NCBI GenBank assembly: GCA_963789265.1
Contig: CAWBKB010000001.1
Coordinates: 1,248,001 to 1,312,000, forward strand
Direction: 5' to 3'
Length of the DNA: 64,000 bases
Source of the DNA: an uncultured delta proteobacterium
Lineage (GTDB): Bacteria; Desulfobacterota; Desulfomonilia; Desulfomonilales; Desulfomonilaceae
Below are positions 1 through 10,070 of the stretch, one piece after another. The position numbers were made by a program, and so were the translations under genes. The notes beneath the pieces are model-generated. The model was not told where the DNA came from. It did not search any database and saw only the letters and a program-made list of their open reading frames with translations. The first letter of the stretch is position 1, and the number at the start of each line of letters is the position of its first letter.

Positions 1-216
1 GCGATTCGATCCCCAGAAGACCGTATAGTGGGTAGCACCCGACACCGGTTGCCAGGTAATTTCAAGTCCTTGAGGTACAATAACCAGCCCCACATGTGTG
101 GGTGCCGCAGGCGGATTCCGCACCGTCCCGGGAGTGATCGAAGACGAACACGACAAAAGCAAGAGATGCGACAGCGCTAATACAGCGACCGCTAACTTAC
201 CAATTCTCTCCACCAC
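1..216 (-). CDS. Lipoprotein with fibronectin type III-like domain (5' part; runs off window start)
   Basis: Manual translation from GTG 216: MVERIGKLAVAVLALSHLLLLSC (lipobox-like LLSC) ...PPAAPTHV...LEITWQPVSGATHYTVFWG (FN3 W...Y pattern); AAGGGG upstream; not in ORF track. Confidence 0.7.
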   Translation of the reverse strand, partial: MVERIGKLAVAVLALSHLLLLSCSSSITPGTVRNPPAAPTHVGLVIVPQGLEITWQPVSGATHYTVFWGSNR

Positions 217-346
217 TAGAGCAACCCCTTCAACTAATAATCAACTTTTTTATTATAGATGCTTTTATCCTGAGAGGCAACAGGAGAATGTGCCGGGGTA
301 TTCTACCATAAGACGGGTGGTAGCGTCCTAATTGAGGATGTTGATC

Positions 347-373
347 GTCATTTCGCCGTACGCGGGAATCCAG
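347..373 (+). repeat. REP-like palindrome (GTCATT..CG..CGCGGGAATCCAG family)
   Basis: Related copies at about 1931-1958, 14682-14718 and inverted at 60981-61007. Confidence 0.6.
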
Positions 374-465
374 TGGGACCGGTTTCCGTGCCGGTAGCTT
401 ATGAGCCGCCGGCAGAGAGAAAGTGTCTCAAAATCGCGCATAAACGAAATTCGTAGCACGAAATT

Positions 466-558
466 CCCTCACCCTGACCCTCTCCCAAAGGGCGAGGGGA
501 CGGTAATAGAGCCCTTGGAACAGCTCCCGCTCCCTCTGGGAGAGGGAGCGGATGAGGG
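466..558. repeat. REP-like inverted-repeat doublet (CCCTCACCC..CCCTCTCCC..GGGAGAGGG family)
   Basis: Two hairpin units in opposite orientation. Confidence 0.7.
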
Positions 559-827
559 CAGCAACTATACCAATCAGGCGCAAGCGTGCCACGATTCCGG
601 ACATCAAAATAATTTTGAGACAGTTTCGAGACGCCGGCGCTACCCCCTGGATCGGGGTCTTGGGTGACGATTGGTGAAAATAGCCGATGTGTCCCAAATT
701 AGGACACTGCCAAACGGCTTACCAATTTGACTTGATTGGAGCCTTGTGATATAACGCTTCAAGCATCAAGGATAATCCCTTGTGATATTTAAGGGTTAAC
801 CCTAAGAGACGACAAAAGGAGACCCCC

Positions 828-1756
828 GTGTCATCAACCACATTCGTTTCCAAGGCTTTCTGGGCGCGGCTGCCCTGCTGATCTTTCTGCTTTCAGGCAT
901 CGCCCCTTCTTTCGCCGGCGATGAAAGTCAAGTCCTGGCTAAAATCGGCAATCAGACCATAACTGGAGCGGACTTGCAGGAATGGGTGAATGCGGTTCCG
1001 GACAGATTTCGGCAGCAGGTTCAAACCCCTGGAGGTAAGAAAAGGGCTCTTGACTACATTATCAACATACAGCTCATGGCCTCAGAAGCCCAAAGGCAAA
1101 GTATGGACAAGGCGCCGGATATTCAAAAGCTGCTGCAGCTCACCCGAAATGATCTTATGGCACGAATTTATCTAGACAAAATGACCAAAAACCTTCCCGC
1201 TCCCACTGAGCAAGAGGCAAAAGCCTATTACGAAAAGCATCGGAGCCAGTATGTTGTGCCGGAAAGTGTACACCTCAGCCACATACTTCTCAAAACCGAA
1301 AAGGAGGCGAATGAGGCTCTTGGAAGGATCAAGAAGGGGGAAAAGTTTGGAGATGTCGCAAGGCAGGTCTCAATATGCCCGAGCAGGACTAACGGGGGAG
1401 ACCTGGACTGGCTCCCCAAGGGCAGGCTGGTAAAGGAAATTGAAGATGTTGCCTTCTCTATGAAGCCCGATGAAATCAAGGGTCCTGTACATTCGAAGTT
1501 TGGATGGCACATTTTGCTTCAGCAGGGCAAGAGGCCGGCCCAGGAGAGTTCTTTCGATCAGGTGAAGGATTACATTATCGAGCAGCTCAAGTTTCAGAAG
1601 CAACAGGACGAATATGAAAAGCTGGCCGAATCCTTGCGTAAGAAAGCAGGCGTGCAGGTGATGTTTAACCCTGCCGCCTCAGCGGGTCCGAGCGTCCCCA
1701 AACAGCCGGCGACCAACGCACCCGCGCAGACCGGCCCAGCTCGGGGGCCTAAGTGA
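828..1756 (+). CDS. Exported PpiC/parvulin-type peptidyl-prolyl isomerase (PrsA/SurA-like); apparent 1-nt frameshift just after the GTG start
   Basis: HLSHILL, FGDVARQVSICPS, GGDLDW, KFGWHI parvulin motifs; RBS AAAGGA and GTG 828 are out of frame with an upstream signal-peptide-like stretch (FLGAAALLIFLLSGIAPSFA) that is in frame with ORF 974..1756. Confidence 0.85.
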
Positions 1757-1895
1757 TCTCGGCCCGGGTGTATTAGAAAGAAAAACGTTCATCGGGAAAG
1801 CAGGATTCACCGTCGTGTGGGAAGTGGGATGCTCGGGGGCCGCAGAGAAAACATGATTTTCTGCGGTCTCTGCATTCTGCCCGGTAATCCGGATT

Positions 1896-2062
1896 GTAGA
1901 GCACGGCATGCCGTGCATCTACGGAACGTTGTTATCCCCCCGCATGCGGGAATGCAGATTGTTTCTCATTCCCGCGCTCTGCCCGCAAACTGGCTTCATT
2001 TCACTATCATAGTCGAGGCAGAGCCTCGCGACACGCATTCCCAGGCAGAGCCCGGGCACGAG
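1896..2062. repeat. Cluster of three different REP-like palindromes
   Basis: gtagagcacggcatgccgtgcatctac (1896-1922); gttatccccccgcatgcgggaatgcag; ctcattcccgcgctctgcc...cattcccaggcagagcccgggcacgag. Confidence 0.7.
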
Positions 2063-2136
2063 AAACAATCGGAAAATATTTTGACAATTGGTATGACGTA
2101 TGCACCCAGTTACAGCAGGAATTAGCGAGTGGCTTC

Positions 2137-2228
2137 GTGGGGTGGGCTTTCTAGCCCGCCATTGAACAGGGGTTTTCCCGGCAGGCTGTCCCGCGCCTCG
2201 CGGGACTGCCCCACAAGACTGAATGGTT
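2137..2228 (+). repeat. Dispersed ~90-bp REP-like element, copy 1
   Basis: gtggggtgggcttt..agcccgccattgaac..cccggcaggctgtcccgcg..actgccccacaag.ctgaatggtt, near-identical to 10257-10341. Confidence 0.85.
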
Positions 2229-2608
2229 CCGCTATGATTTGAAATTTTGTTGACCTTCATGGTCGAATTGCTTATTCTCAATAAGCATGTAAGCTCCTTA
2301 TAATTAGCTGATTTGTACCACCTCAGCCTGAGGGGGCGAATGGGCATGTTTCCGGGCATCTAACGCAAATCCAGACTTCTAATTAATTTCCCCCGAGGGA
2401 CAGCGCATGGGGAGGCCAAAAGCGTCGGAAGCTGTGCTATAAGCGTCGTGCACGGGAGTTGTCCGGAATGAGGCTCGCCACCGAGCTTTCTTGGGCACCG
2501 CATGATTCGTACTAAAGCACGCCGAGCTCGCTATCAACAAGTGTTAGCGGGAATGAACGACCAAGGGTTCTCTTAACTGCGTTCCCCTGGCTTTTGCAGA
2601 GACGACGA

Positions 2609-2845
2609 ATGAAATGTTCTCAATGCGGATTTAGAAGTACCAGGGAAACAAGGTTCTGCGGTACATCCGGCGTCCGCTTCGAAAAAGCTTCCGCCTTCGG
2701 CTGCAATGCTAACAGACCGGCCGGTTCCGAGGTTAATCGAAGGGGCCGCGTAAATGTGCGTATATCTTTAGTGCCAACCGGGGATGAGGATCCAACTCAG
2801 CTTTTCGGGTACCGAAAAAGCCGTTCGCTTTTATCCGGCTCATAA
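2609..2845 (+). pseudogene. Degenerate double zinc-ribbon N-terminal fragment
   Basis: MKCSQCGF...TRFCGTSG...CNANRPAGS resembles CxxC..FCxxCG ribbon repeats with lost cysteines; no downstream domain. Confidence 0.4.
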
Positions 2846-2955
2846 AGAATAAAGACCGGAAAGGGAGGATTAAGAGTGCGAAAATAATGCCTATCTCAGC
2901 GCCTCAGATGCGGAAACTTCTGGAATAGGGATATTACTCTTGAGGGGAAACCTAC

Positions 2956-4197
2956 ATGAATTACAAGGGCAGGAGGAGAAAGGACCTTGTCCACGAGTTG
3001 GAGGAATTACGCGAACGAGTGGCCGAACTGACAGCCGGGAAATTAGGCCGAAATATCTCTGTCGAGGCCCTTCGCCAAAGTGAAGAAACCTCTCGGACCC
3101 TTCTGAATGCCACTACGGATGCAGCGTTACTCATGCACCCCGATGGTACCCTGCTTGCCCTGAACGAGGTAGCCGCACAAAAACTCGGCGGAACTGCTCA
3201 AGAACTAGTAGGCCGCAACTTGTTTGAGTTGTTGACGTATGACATGGCCGAAGAGTTTAGGGCGCGAGCCTCGGAGGTCACTAAATCAGGAGCCTCCGTG
3301 CGCTACGTGTATGCGAACGGAGGACAGTTCATCGACAACAGTCTGGTTCCGGTATTCCATGGAGCGGGCAAGGTAGACAGACTGGCGGTCTTTTCTCGAG
3401 ACATCACGAAGCAGGCGCTGGTCGAATTGGAACTGCACAAAGCCAGACAAGCTGCAGAAAGCGCCGACGTTGCTAAGAGCAGTTTCCTGGCACAGATGAG
3501 CCATGAATTGCGCACACCGCTGAATGCGATTATCGGCTTTTCGGAAATTCTTGAAGACCAGACTTTTGGCCCATTGAACGAACGACAGTTGAGATACATC
3601 AGCCACGTCCATGCCAGCGGGAGACACCTACTCGAACTCATAAATCAAATTTTGGACCTCTCCAAAGTTGAAGCCGGCAAAATGGAACTTCACGTTTCAA
3701 CGGTAAACATACCTCAACTCTTGGAGAGCGGCTTCATTATGGTCATGGAGAAGGCCAGAAAGCATGGGATCGAAATTGCTCTTCGTATTGAGTCCGAGCT
3801 CTCAAGGACCGAGATCCAAGCTGACGAGTTGAAGCTCAGGCAGATAGTCTTCAACCTTCTCTCCAACGCTGCCAAATTCACTCCGGACGGCGGCCGCATT
3901 GAACTGTCGGCCTGGAAGGAAGGGGGCGAACTCATGGTTAGCGTTTCGGACAACGGCATTGGACTCAGGCCTAAGGATTTGGAGCACATCTTTGTTGCAT
4001 TCGAGCAATTGGACTCCTCGTACGCAAGAAGGCAGCAGGGCACAGGTTTAGGGCTGACATTGGCTCAGAGCCTCGTGGAACTGCATGGCGGCAGAATCTG
4101 GGCGGAAAGCGAAGGGGAAGGCAAAGGCAGTAAGTTTACCTTCACAGTTCCGATCGTAGTTGCTTCAGGGATCTCGGAACAAAGCCAGGCCGTTTGA
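2956..4197 (+). CDS. Cytoplasmic PAS-domain sensor histidine kinase
   Basis: PAS; H-box MSHELRTPLN; N-box NLLSNAAKFT; DNGIG and GTGLGL G-boxes; no transmembrane segments. Confidence 0.95.
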   Translation: MNYKGRRRKDLVHELEELRERVAELTAGKLGRNISVEALRQSEETSRTLLNATTDAALLMHPDGTLLALNEVAAQKLGGTAQELVGRNLFELLTYDMAEEFRARASEVTKSGASVRYVYANGGQFIDNSLVPVFHGAGKVDRLAVFSRDITKQALVELELHKARQAAESADVAKSSFLAQMSHELRTPLNAIIGFSEILEDQTFGPLNERQLRYISHVHASGRHLLELINQILDLSKVEAGKMELHVSTVNIPQLLESGFIMVMEKARKHGIEIALRIESELSRTEIQADELKLRQIVFNLLSNAAKFTPDGGRIELSAWKEGGELMVSVSDNGIGLRPKDLEHIFVAFEQLDSSYARRQQGTGLGLTLAQSLVELHGGRIWAESEGEGKGSKFTFTVPIVVASGISEQSQAV

Positions 4198-4471
4198 CCG
4201 GTCGGGGGCAGAAAGTATTTGGGGCTTGTTTGTGAAATGTGTCTTTCACACACAGGCGATGCCTCAACCGTGAAAGTGAAGTAAAGGCAGTTTGCGGGCA
4301 GAGCCCGCTGGGCTAAGTTTGCGCTTATAGGGCTCTGACACCGGGTCCGTAGCGGCAGTCCCGAGAGGCGCCATTAATGCTGTGGAGCAGACTTTCCAGT
4401 CTGCGGACTTCCTGCGGCCGAATTTTCGATATGAGTGATGGCAAAATACCGCATTAGTTGGGGTAGCCGAG

Positions 4472-4858
4472 ATGAAAAAGAAGAAGGTTCTAGTGGTCGA
4501 GGATGACTCATTCAGCATGGAACTGGTCACGGACTTGCTGGAGGTAGCAGGTTTCGAGGTGCTCCCGGCCGAGACCGCAGAAGCAGGGATAGAGATAGCG
4601 AAAGCAGGAGACCTTGCGCTTATTCTAATGGACATTAGACTTCCCGGCATCGATGGCTTGGCCGCGACCGCCATACTGAAGGACGACCCTCGGACAACCA
4701 ACATCCCTGTGGTTGCTCTGACCGCCTCCACCATGAGAGGGGACGAGCGAAAATGCCTGGAAGCCGGCTGCACAGGGTACATCGCCAAGCCCATAAACAC
4801 GAGAGGATTTGCGAAGGCGGTGGCGGCATACATCAGCACCGTCGGTGGCACCAACTGA
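4472..4858 (+). CDS. Single-domain response regulator (DivK/CheY-like)
   Basis: VVEDD, LMDIRLPGIDG, ALTA, KP receiver motifs. Confidence 0.93.
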   Translation: MKKKKVLVVEDDSFSMELVTDLLEVAGFEVLPAETAEAGIEIAKAGDLALILMDIRLPGIDGLAATAILKDDPRTTNIPVVALTASTMRGDERKCLEAGCTGYIAKPINTRGFAKAVAAYISTVGGTN

Positions 4859-4899
4859 GAGGACCTCGCCTAACGCCGTCCTCGGCAGGAGGATGCTTC

Positions 4900-6687
4900 A
4901 TGAACCCGCGAAAAAGAATCTTGATAGTCGACGATGACGAACAGAATCGGGAGTTGCTGGAAGCCATGTTGGAGTCTCTGGGGTATAGGTCCGACCTGGC
5001 TGATAGCGGGATTAGCGCGTTGGCCAAGCTGAACGCGGACATCGATTTAGTGCTTATGGACATCATGATGCCCGGAATGGACGGTTTCGAAGCAGTCCGC
5101 AGAATTCGCAACCTTCCGGAAGTTGGAGACATTCCCATCATCATGGTTACCGTGCTCGGCGGAAAAAAGGACCGCCTGGAAGCAGTAGACGCCGGAGCCA
5201 ACGATTTCATCACCAAGCCCGTTGACAAACTCGAACTCCGGGTACGGGTTGCCTCTCTGTTGCGAATGAAGGAGGCGCAGGATGCAATCAAGCGCCACAA
5301 GGCCGAGCTCGAGGCAGAAGTTGAAAAACGGACTGCCGAGTTGAAGGAAAGCGAAGAGCGCTTCAGATATATTTTCGAAGCCGGCCAGGACTGTATGTTC
5401 GTGAAAGACGGGGACCGGAGATACTCTCACCTCAATCCCGCCATGCTTGCCATTGTGGAAAAGGACCCCACGGAAATCATCGGAAAAACAGATGAGGAGC
5501 TGTTCGCTGTGGAATGGGCGGCCCGGATGAAAAGCGTGGACGAGCGGGTCCTTCAAGGACAGCCGGCAGAATCCGAACTGAACCTTCTTTGTAAAGACCG
5601 GCCTACCACTTTCAACATTGTCAGATTCCCCATGCGAGATGGTTCGGGCAAAATAATAGGCCTGTGCGGGATAGCTCGTGACGTCACCGAACGCAGAGCG
5701 CGGGAATCTGAAATGAGAATTCGCTCTGGTCCTCCGGGCTCCAATATTATGCAGACCACGCTGGAGTTGGTACGCCGCGCGGCCAAGACTGACAGCTTGG
5801 TCCTTTTCACAGGCGAGAGCGGGAGCGGAAAGGATTATCTGGCTAAATACCTGCACCAACATTCAGGTCGGATTTCAGGTCCTTATTTCGCGATAAACTG
5901 TGCGGCCATTGCCCCAAATGTCGCAGAATCGGAACTTTTCGGACACGAAACGGGGTCTTTCACAGGCGCTCGTGGGCGCAAGCGGGGACTTCTTGAGTTG
6001 GCAGAAGGGGGAACCCTGCTGCTGAACGAGGTTGGCGAACTCTGTCCCGAGTTGCAGGCGAAGCTCCTCACGTTCATGGACACGCATACATTCACGCGAG
6101 TTGGCGGTGAAAGCAACATCCGGGTGAATACCAGAATCGTGGCCGCCACCAACCGTGACCTTGAAAAGGATGTTGAATCGGGAAGGTTCCGAAAAGACTT
6201 ATTCTTTCGGCTCAACGTCTTCCAAGTGACAGTCCCGCCGTTGCGGGAGAGAATAGAGGACTTGCCCACATTGATTGACGAGATACTCCCGGCTTTGGCT
6301 GAAAAAATTGGGCTTCATGATGCCCCCGCGATCGATTCCGATGCCAGGGATGCCCTTAGAAACTATAGCTGGCCCGGCAATGTCAGAGAGTTGCGCAACA
6401 CGCTGGAACGGGCGCTGATTCTCTGCGACAAGAAATATATCACCTCGAAGGACTTGTGCATGCATTCGGAGACGGAACCTTCCTCCGGACGCAAAGGAGA
6501 CATCTCGTTGACGCTTCATCTGGGCCGGGACGATTCAATGCACGATATACTGACGGAAACGAAGAGGTATCTTGTAACGGAGAGCCTGAAGCGATCCGGA
6601 GGCAGTATCAAAAAGGCGGCACAGTTCCTGGGGATTACACGCGACTCGCTTACCCACCACATGAGATCCCTTGGAATCCGCAAGTAG
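4900..6687 (+). CDS. Sigma54-dependent activator: receiver-PAS-AAA+-Fis HTH
   Basis: Receiver; PAS; Walker A GESGSGKD; GSFTGA loop; atypical Walker B LLLNEVGE; WPGNVREL; C-terminal HTH; RBS AGGAGG before ATG 4900. Confidence 0.93.
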   Translation: MNPRKRILIVDDDEQNRELLEAMLESLGYRSDLADSGISALAKLNADIDLVLMDIMMPGMDGFEAVRRIRNLPEVGDIPIIMVTVLGGKKDRLEAVDAGANDFITKPVDKLELRVRVASLLRMKEAQDAIKRHKAELEAEVEKRTAELKESEERFRYIFEAGQDCMFVKDGDRRYSHLNPAMLAIVEKDPTEIIGKTDEELFAVEWAARMKSVDERVLQGQPAESELNLLCKDRPTTFNIVRFPMRDGSGKIIGLCGIARDVTERRARESEMRIRSGPPGSNIMQTTLELVRRAAKTDSLVLFTGESGSGKDYLAKYLHQHSGRISGPYFAINCAAIAPNVAESELFGHETGSFTGARGRKRGLLELAEGGTLLLNEVGELCPELQAKLLTFMDTHTFTRVGGESNIRVNTRIVAATNRDLEKDVESGRFRKDLFFRLNVFQVTVPPLRERIEDLPTLIDEILPALAEKIGLHDAPAIDSDARDALRNYSWPGNVRELRNTLERALILCDKKYITSKDLCMHSETEPSSGRKGDISLTLHLGRDDSMHDILTETKRYLVTESLKRSGGSIKKAAQFLGITRDSLTHHMRSLGIRK

Positions 6688-6901
6688 TTTTCACGTACCG
6701 AATTGGGAACTATATGTGAAAATCACTCATGCTAAGGTTTGCATATCCTATCATTTTCTCACATAGCGAGCAGTATATGTCCTTTCCACTTATTTTCTAA
6801 CGTCTACGCATTGCCTCCGCTTCCGCCCCCGTGATTCGCCGGGCAGTGCAAGCCATTAGATTTCCTGCCTAATGACAGCTACATCTTACCGCATTGCCTT
6901 T

Positions 6902-6917
6902 TGGTACATCTCCTGCA
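6902..6917 (+). promoter_or_regulatory. Putative sigma54 -24/-12 promoter
   Basis: TGGTAC-atctc-CTGCA: GG-N10-GC spacing, 215 bp downstream of the activator gene and facing ORF 7223. Confidence 0.55.
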
Positions 6918-7222
6918 CAACAGATAAGCAAGTCAGTTCCGGACCGAGGTCGTGACAGATCCGAGTTCAATCCATTCCTTCAGTTGAACGCGACCAAGGT
7001 TGCAAGGGGGGGAACAGACACCGCGCCGATGATGCGCGGAAAAGGGGGAGAGCAGCTTTCGCCTTCTCTCCCCCAGCCTGTATCGTCCGGAAAAGGCGGC
7101 GGGCAGTCCTTCGGGTTGACTCCCTCGTGAGGACATAGCTTACGGGAATCGCTCTTGGGCCGATGCGGCAACTGATAGACGGGCAGGATGCCGTCTGCTC
7201 CAAATTATTAAGGAGAGGAACG

Positions 7223-7615
7223 ATGAAAAGCAAAGATACCTTGGGAAAAAGAGTTGTCCGGTCAATGGGAACAATCATGATGGTCACTTGGATGCTGATC
7301 CTTGGGCCGATAGGCGCTGTGTTACTCGGAGCCGTGGCGTATTCCATGCTGGCGAAAAATCCCATTCAGGGCGTGCTTTGCGGCATTCTGCTCTTTCTTC
7401 CCCTTTTCCTAACCATAGCTTGGGGGATTGAGAGGTGGCTCCATGCCCGCCGAGAACAGAACCTCCAAAGAGCGGCCCTTCTTTTGGCAACCGAGCCGAT
7501 TGGCTCTCCAAATCCTTCAATTGAAGAGCGGGAAAGGGTTGGAGGTGCGCTTATGAACGGAGGCGTTCTTATTTTTTGGCTACTCGGCACGCTCATATAC
7601 GAGCTCTGCAACTAG
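7223..7615 (+). CDS. Hypothetical membrane protein (about 3 hydrophobic segments)
   Basis: RBS AGGAGAGG; hydrophobic segments in translation. Confidence 0.6.
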   Translation: MKSKDTLGKRVVRSMGTIMMVTWMLILGPIGAVLLGAVAYSMLAKNPIQGVLCGILLFLPLFLTIAWGIERWLHARREQNLQRAALLLATEPIGSPNPSIEERERVGGALMNGGVLIFWLLGTLIYELCN

Positions 7616-7679
7616 CACGCCTATCAGCCGGTGGCCGTATCTCGACCGCATTGTCGGGTCCGCCTGGAGGATAATACCA

Positions 7680-7916
7680 ATGAGCGCTCACACGACACGA
7701 GATTTTCTTATCGACCATGGCAACGGACTGCTGTCCCAGGAACTAATGCTGAAGTACCATCTGTCCGACAAGGGGCTTGAGCAGATCTTCCGTATGCTGA
7801 GGCGATCTGATTTGCTTGTTCTGAGGAGGCTCTGGGAACAGGACAAACTGACAGACGCCGAATTTGCGAGGGCTTTCGATGAAGTAGAAAACCGCCTCGG
7901 CGACGATGAACAATGA
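7680..7916 (+). CDS. Small hypothetical protein with HTH-like 'LMxKYxLSxKGLxxxF' motif
   Basis: RBS GGAGG; motif shared with 8104..8343. Confidence 0.65.
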   Translation: MSAHTTRDFLIDHGNGLLSQELMLKYHLSDKGLEQIFRMLRRSDLLVLRRLWEQDKLTDAEFARAFDEVENRLGDDEQ

Positions 7917-8103
7917 CGTTTCCGATAGAGATTCCCTATGTGGCTCCGGGACCAGCGAAAATACTTTGCCATAGGCCATTTTGAAATTTTAAATGAAATC
8001 GGCGGACAAGATCGAGATTACGCCTCCGTCTGTAAGAAGACGCTGATAGTACGGCCGCTGTGCTAAGGTCAATTGCTTGTCCTGACATCGACGGGGGAAG
8101 AGT

Positions 8104-8343
8104 TTGGTAAAGCGAGTGATAAAGGCCAAAGAAGTCGTTGCCGATATTCGAGACGGTATGACCGACTTTGCATTGACCGAAAAGTACGATCTCAGTCCTC
8201 GCGGGTTCGAAAGACTCTTGAGTCACCTCGTTGACTCGGGGTTGCTTGGTGAGCGGGAACTTGAAGAGAGAGAACAACTCACGACCAGTCAAATCATTCG
8301 AGCTTTTATCAATTCGCGACGGGACAGAGAAATCCTCGGCTAA
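8104..8343 (+). CDS. Small hypothetical protein, same HTH-like family as 7680..7916
   Basis: IKAKEVVADIRDGMTDFALTEKYDLSPRGFERLL. Confidence 0.65.
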   Translation: MVKRVIKAKEVVADIRDGMTDFALTEKYDLSPRGFERLLSHLVDSGLLGERELEEREQLTTSQIIRAFINSRRDREILG

Positions 8344-8439
8344 AGGGTCATCAGAGTTCGCCGGCAATGGCCGAATCTGCTCAGGATGCGGCGAACTCCG
8401 CGCGAGACACGGCCTGGCCTGGACCCTGGATCGTCGTCC

Positions 8440-8624
8440 CGCAGGCGCTAACTTAAGGGCATTTCGTTACCTCTTGAGAGGTCCAACGGGCCATGCGCAT
8501 CAAAGTCCCTCTTTTTTAAAGGGGGATTTAGGGGGATTTTCAATGGCTTAGCTCAAAATCCCCCCTGACCCCCCTTTACGAAAGGGGGGAATCCAGCGCC
8601 CGCGTGGCTAAGTTAGCGCCTATG
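8440..8624 (+). mobile_element. MITE-like element, copy 1 (~185 bp) with terminal inverted repeats and degenerate 12-bp target duplication
   Basis: Ends cgcaggcgctaactta / taagttagcgcctatg; flanks ggatcgtcgtcc (8428-8439) and ggatcggtgtcc (8625-8636); internal CCCCCTTT..AAAGGGGG hairpins; homologous to 30908-31085 (inverted). Confidence 0.75.
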
Positions 8625-8726
8625 GGATCGGTGTCCGGGGTGACGGTTTCATTCCCTCAAGGTACACAAAGATTTTGTGAATTGTCATAATCGCCCCAAG
8701 ATTACGGGTCAATGAGACCCAAGAGT

Positions 8727-9528
8727 CTACTCTTCCAATGGCACGAACATGTCCTCGGCCTCTTCCGTCAAGGCGCTCACGTCTCCCACCTGGTCATGGA
8801 TTCTGTCGAAGGCATCTTCCGCGGTACGAGTCTTAAGGTCTTCCTCGCGCAACATGATGGAAACCAGCTCGTTAAAGTACGTCTCGTCCGCCAGGTGGAT
8901 CTTGGTAAGAATATCCAACGTCTCTTCGTCTGTAACCTCGAGATCGTCAGGCTTCAGCTCGCCGCGATCGAGTTTGACCAGGAAATCCGCAGGGAAGGAA
9001 CTATCTTCTTCGTCTTCGGCCGTATCCTTGGATTTCGCCCACGGTCTCAGCACCTTGTCCTGAAACGCTGAGGCCACCACCTTAATATCGAGATTCTTCA
9101 AGAGTCGGGCAAAGTCTGCATCTCCCTCCTCCAGGAAACTTACCATCCAATGGTAAGCGGTCTGCGGATCAGTGATGCCTTTCGTGGAAAATAACTCTTG
9201 ATCGAGGTCTAGTACCCGACTGCACTCGCTCGGGGTTCACCAGGGAAAGCACCCCGATGTGAGTAGAGCTCTGAGATTTCATTATCCGAAAGAGGGTCCT
9301 GTCGCCCAAACCATCGACAATCTCCCGGCTTTTGTTGTCATCCAATAGGAAAAGCAGCTCCTGCGCGGCTTTGGGATCGCGTAGAGCCTGGTGGCTCACC
9401 AGCGATATTTGCTCCTCGCCTGTGAGCGCTTCCATGAGTTGAGCCGCTTCGCGCGGATCTGTCTTGATCAGATCCAGGACGCGGCTTCCTCGCTCGGAAA
9501 TCGGAGCAAGGTACGTGTCCTGCCGCAT
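8727..9528 (-). CDS. Acidic helical hypothetical protein; one gene split by a frameshift at about 9215-9217
   Basis: Removing one G joins MRQDTY...ERVQS to VLDLDQELF...WMVSFLEEGD (ORF 8727..9146). Confidence 0.65.
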
Positions 9529-9533
9529 ATCTG

Positions 9534-10070
9534 TTATGTCTCCTCTGCTGTCGTCCAACGTGGGTCTTCGATGGAGCGCACTGTCTCCAGCATGGAGTCG
9601 TCGCCGCCGAAGTCTTCCGGAGTCCATCCCTCTTCGGGTGGAGCATAGGATTCCCCGAGATTTAGGGCGACTCTTCCGCGCTCCCTACCGATTGTCATCA
9701 ACTGGAAAGCCCTGACCAGATTTGAGCTGATCTCTTTATCAGGGACGTCCCGAAAGGAGAAAATGACCTCTCTCAAGGTAGGGGCGTGAGATTTGTCCAG
9801 TTGTAGTCCTTTTACCGCAAGGACGTCTTCGAGTGGCGGCATAGAATCATCGTTCAACGATCCGAGCAGCATGTCCATCAAGCCTCTGGACAGGCGAACG
9901 AGGTGCCGGATACTGAAGGCCAGGGTCACCGCGTCCATGTCGAGGGGATTCTTGCACACCACTTCCAGGTACTGCAATTCGCGGCCCGTATTCTCAGAGC
10001 AAAACTCTTCGAAGCTCGCGAAATCCTCGCTTATTTCCGGACTTACCGGGATCTCATCGTCTAAAGGCAT
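9534..10070 (-). CDS. Acidic hypothetical protein
   Basis: 178-aa ORF, RBS GGGAGGGA, 5 nt from the next gene. Confidence 0.65.
   Translation of the reverse strand: MPLDDEIPVSPEISEDFASFEEFCSENTGRELQYLEVVCKNPLDMDAVTLAFSIRHLVRLSRGLMDMLLGSLNDDSMPPLEDVLAVKGLQLDKSHAPTLREVIFSFRDVPDKEISSNLVRAFQLMTIGRERGRVALNLGESYAPPEEGWTPEDFGGDDSMLETVRSIEDPRWTTAEET

Noticed and set aside
401..697. Short ORFs over REP clusters (also 1817..2359, 12492..13061, 30324..31040, 60522..61056)
   Set aside because: Translations run through palindromic repeats, lack RBS and protein-like features
2445..2596. 6S RNA or riboswitch
   Set aside because: No recognisable conserved motifs by eye; only generic hairpins
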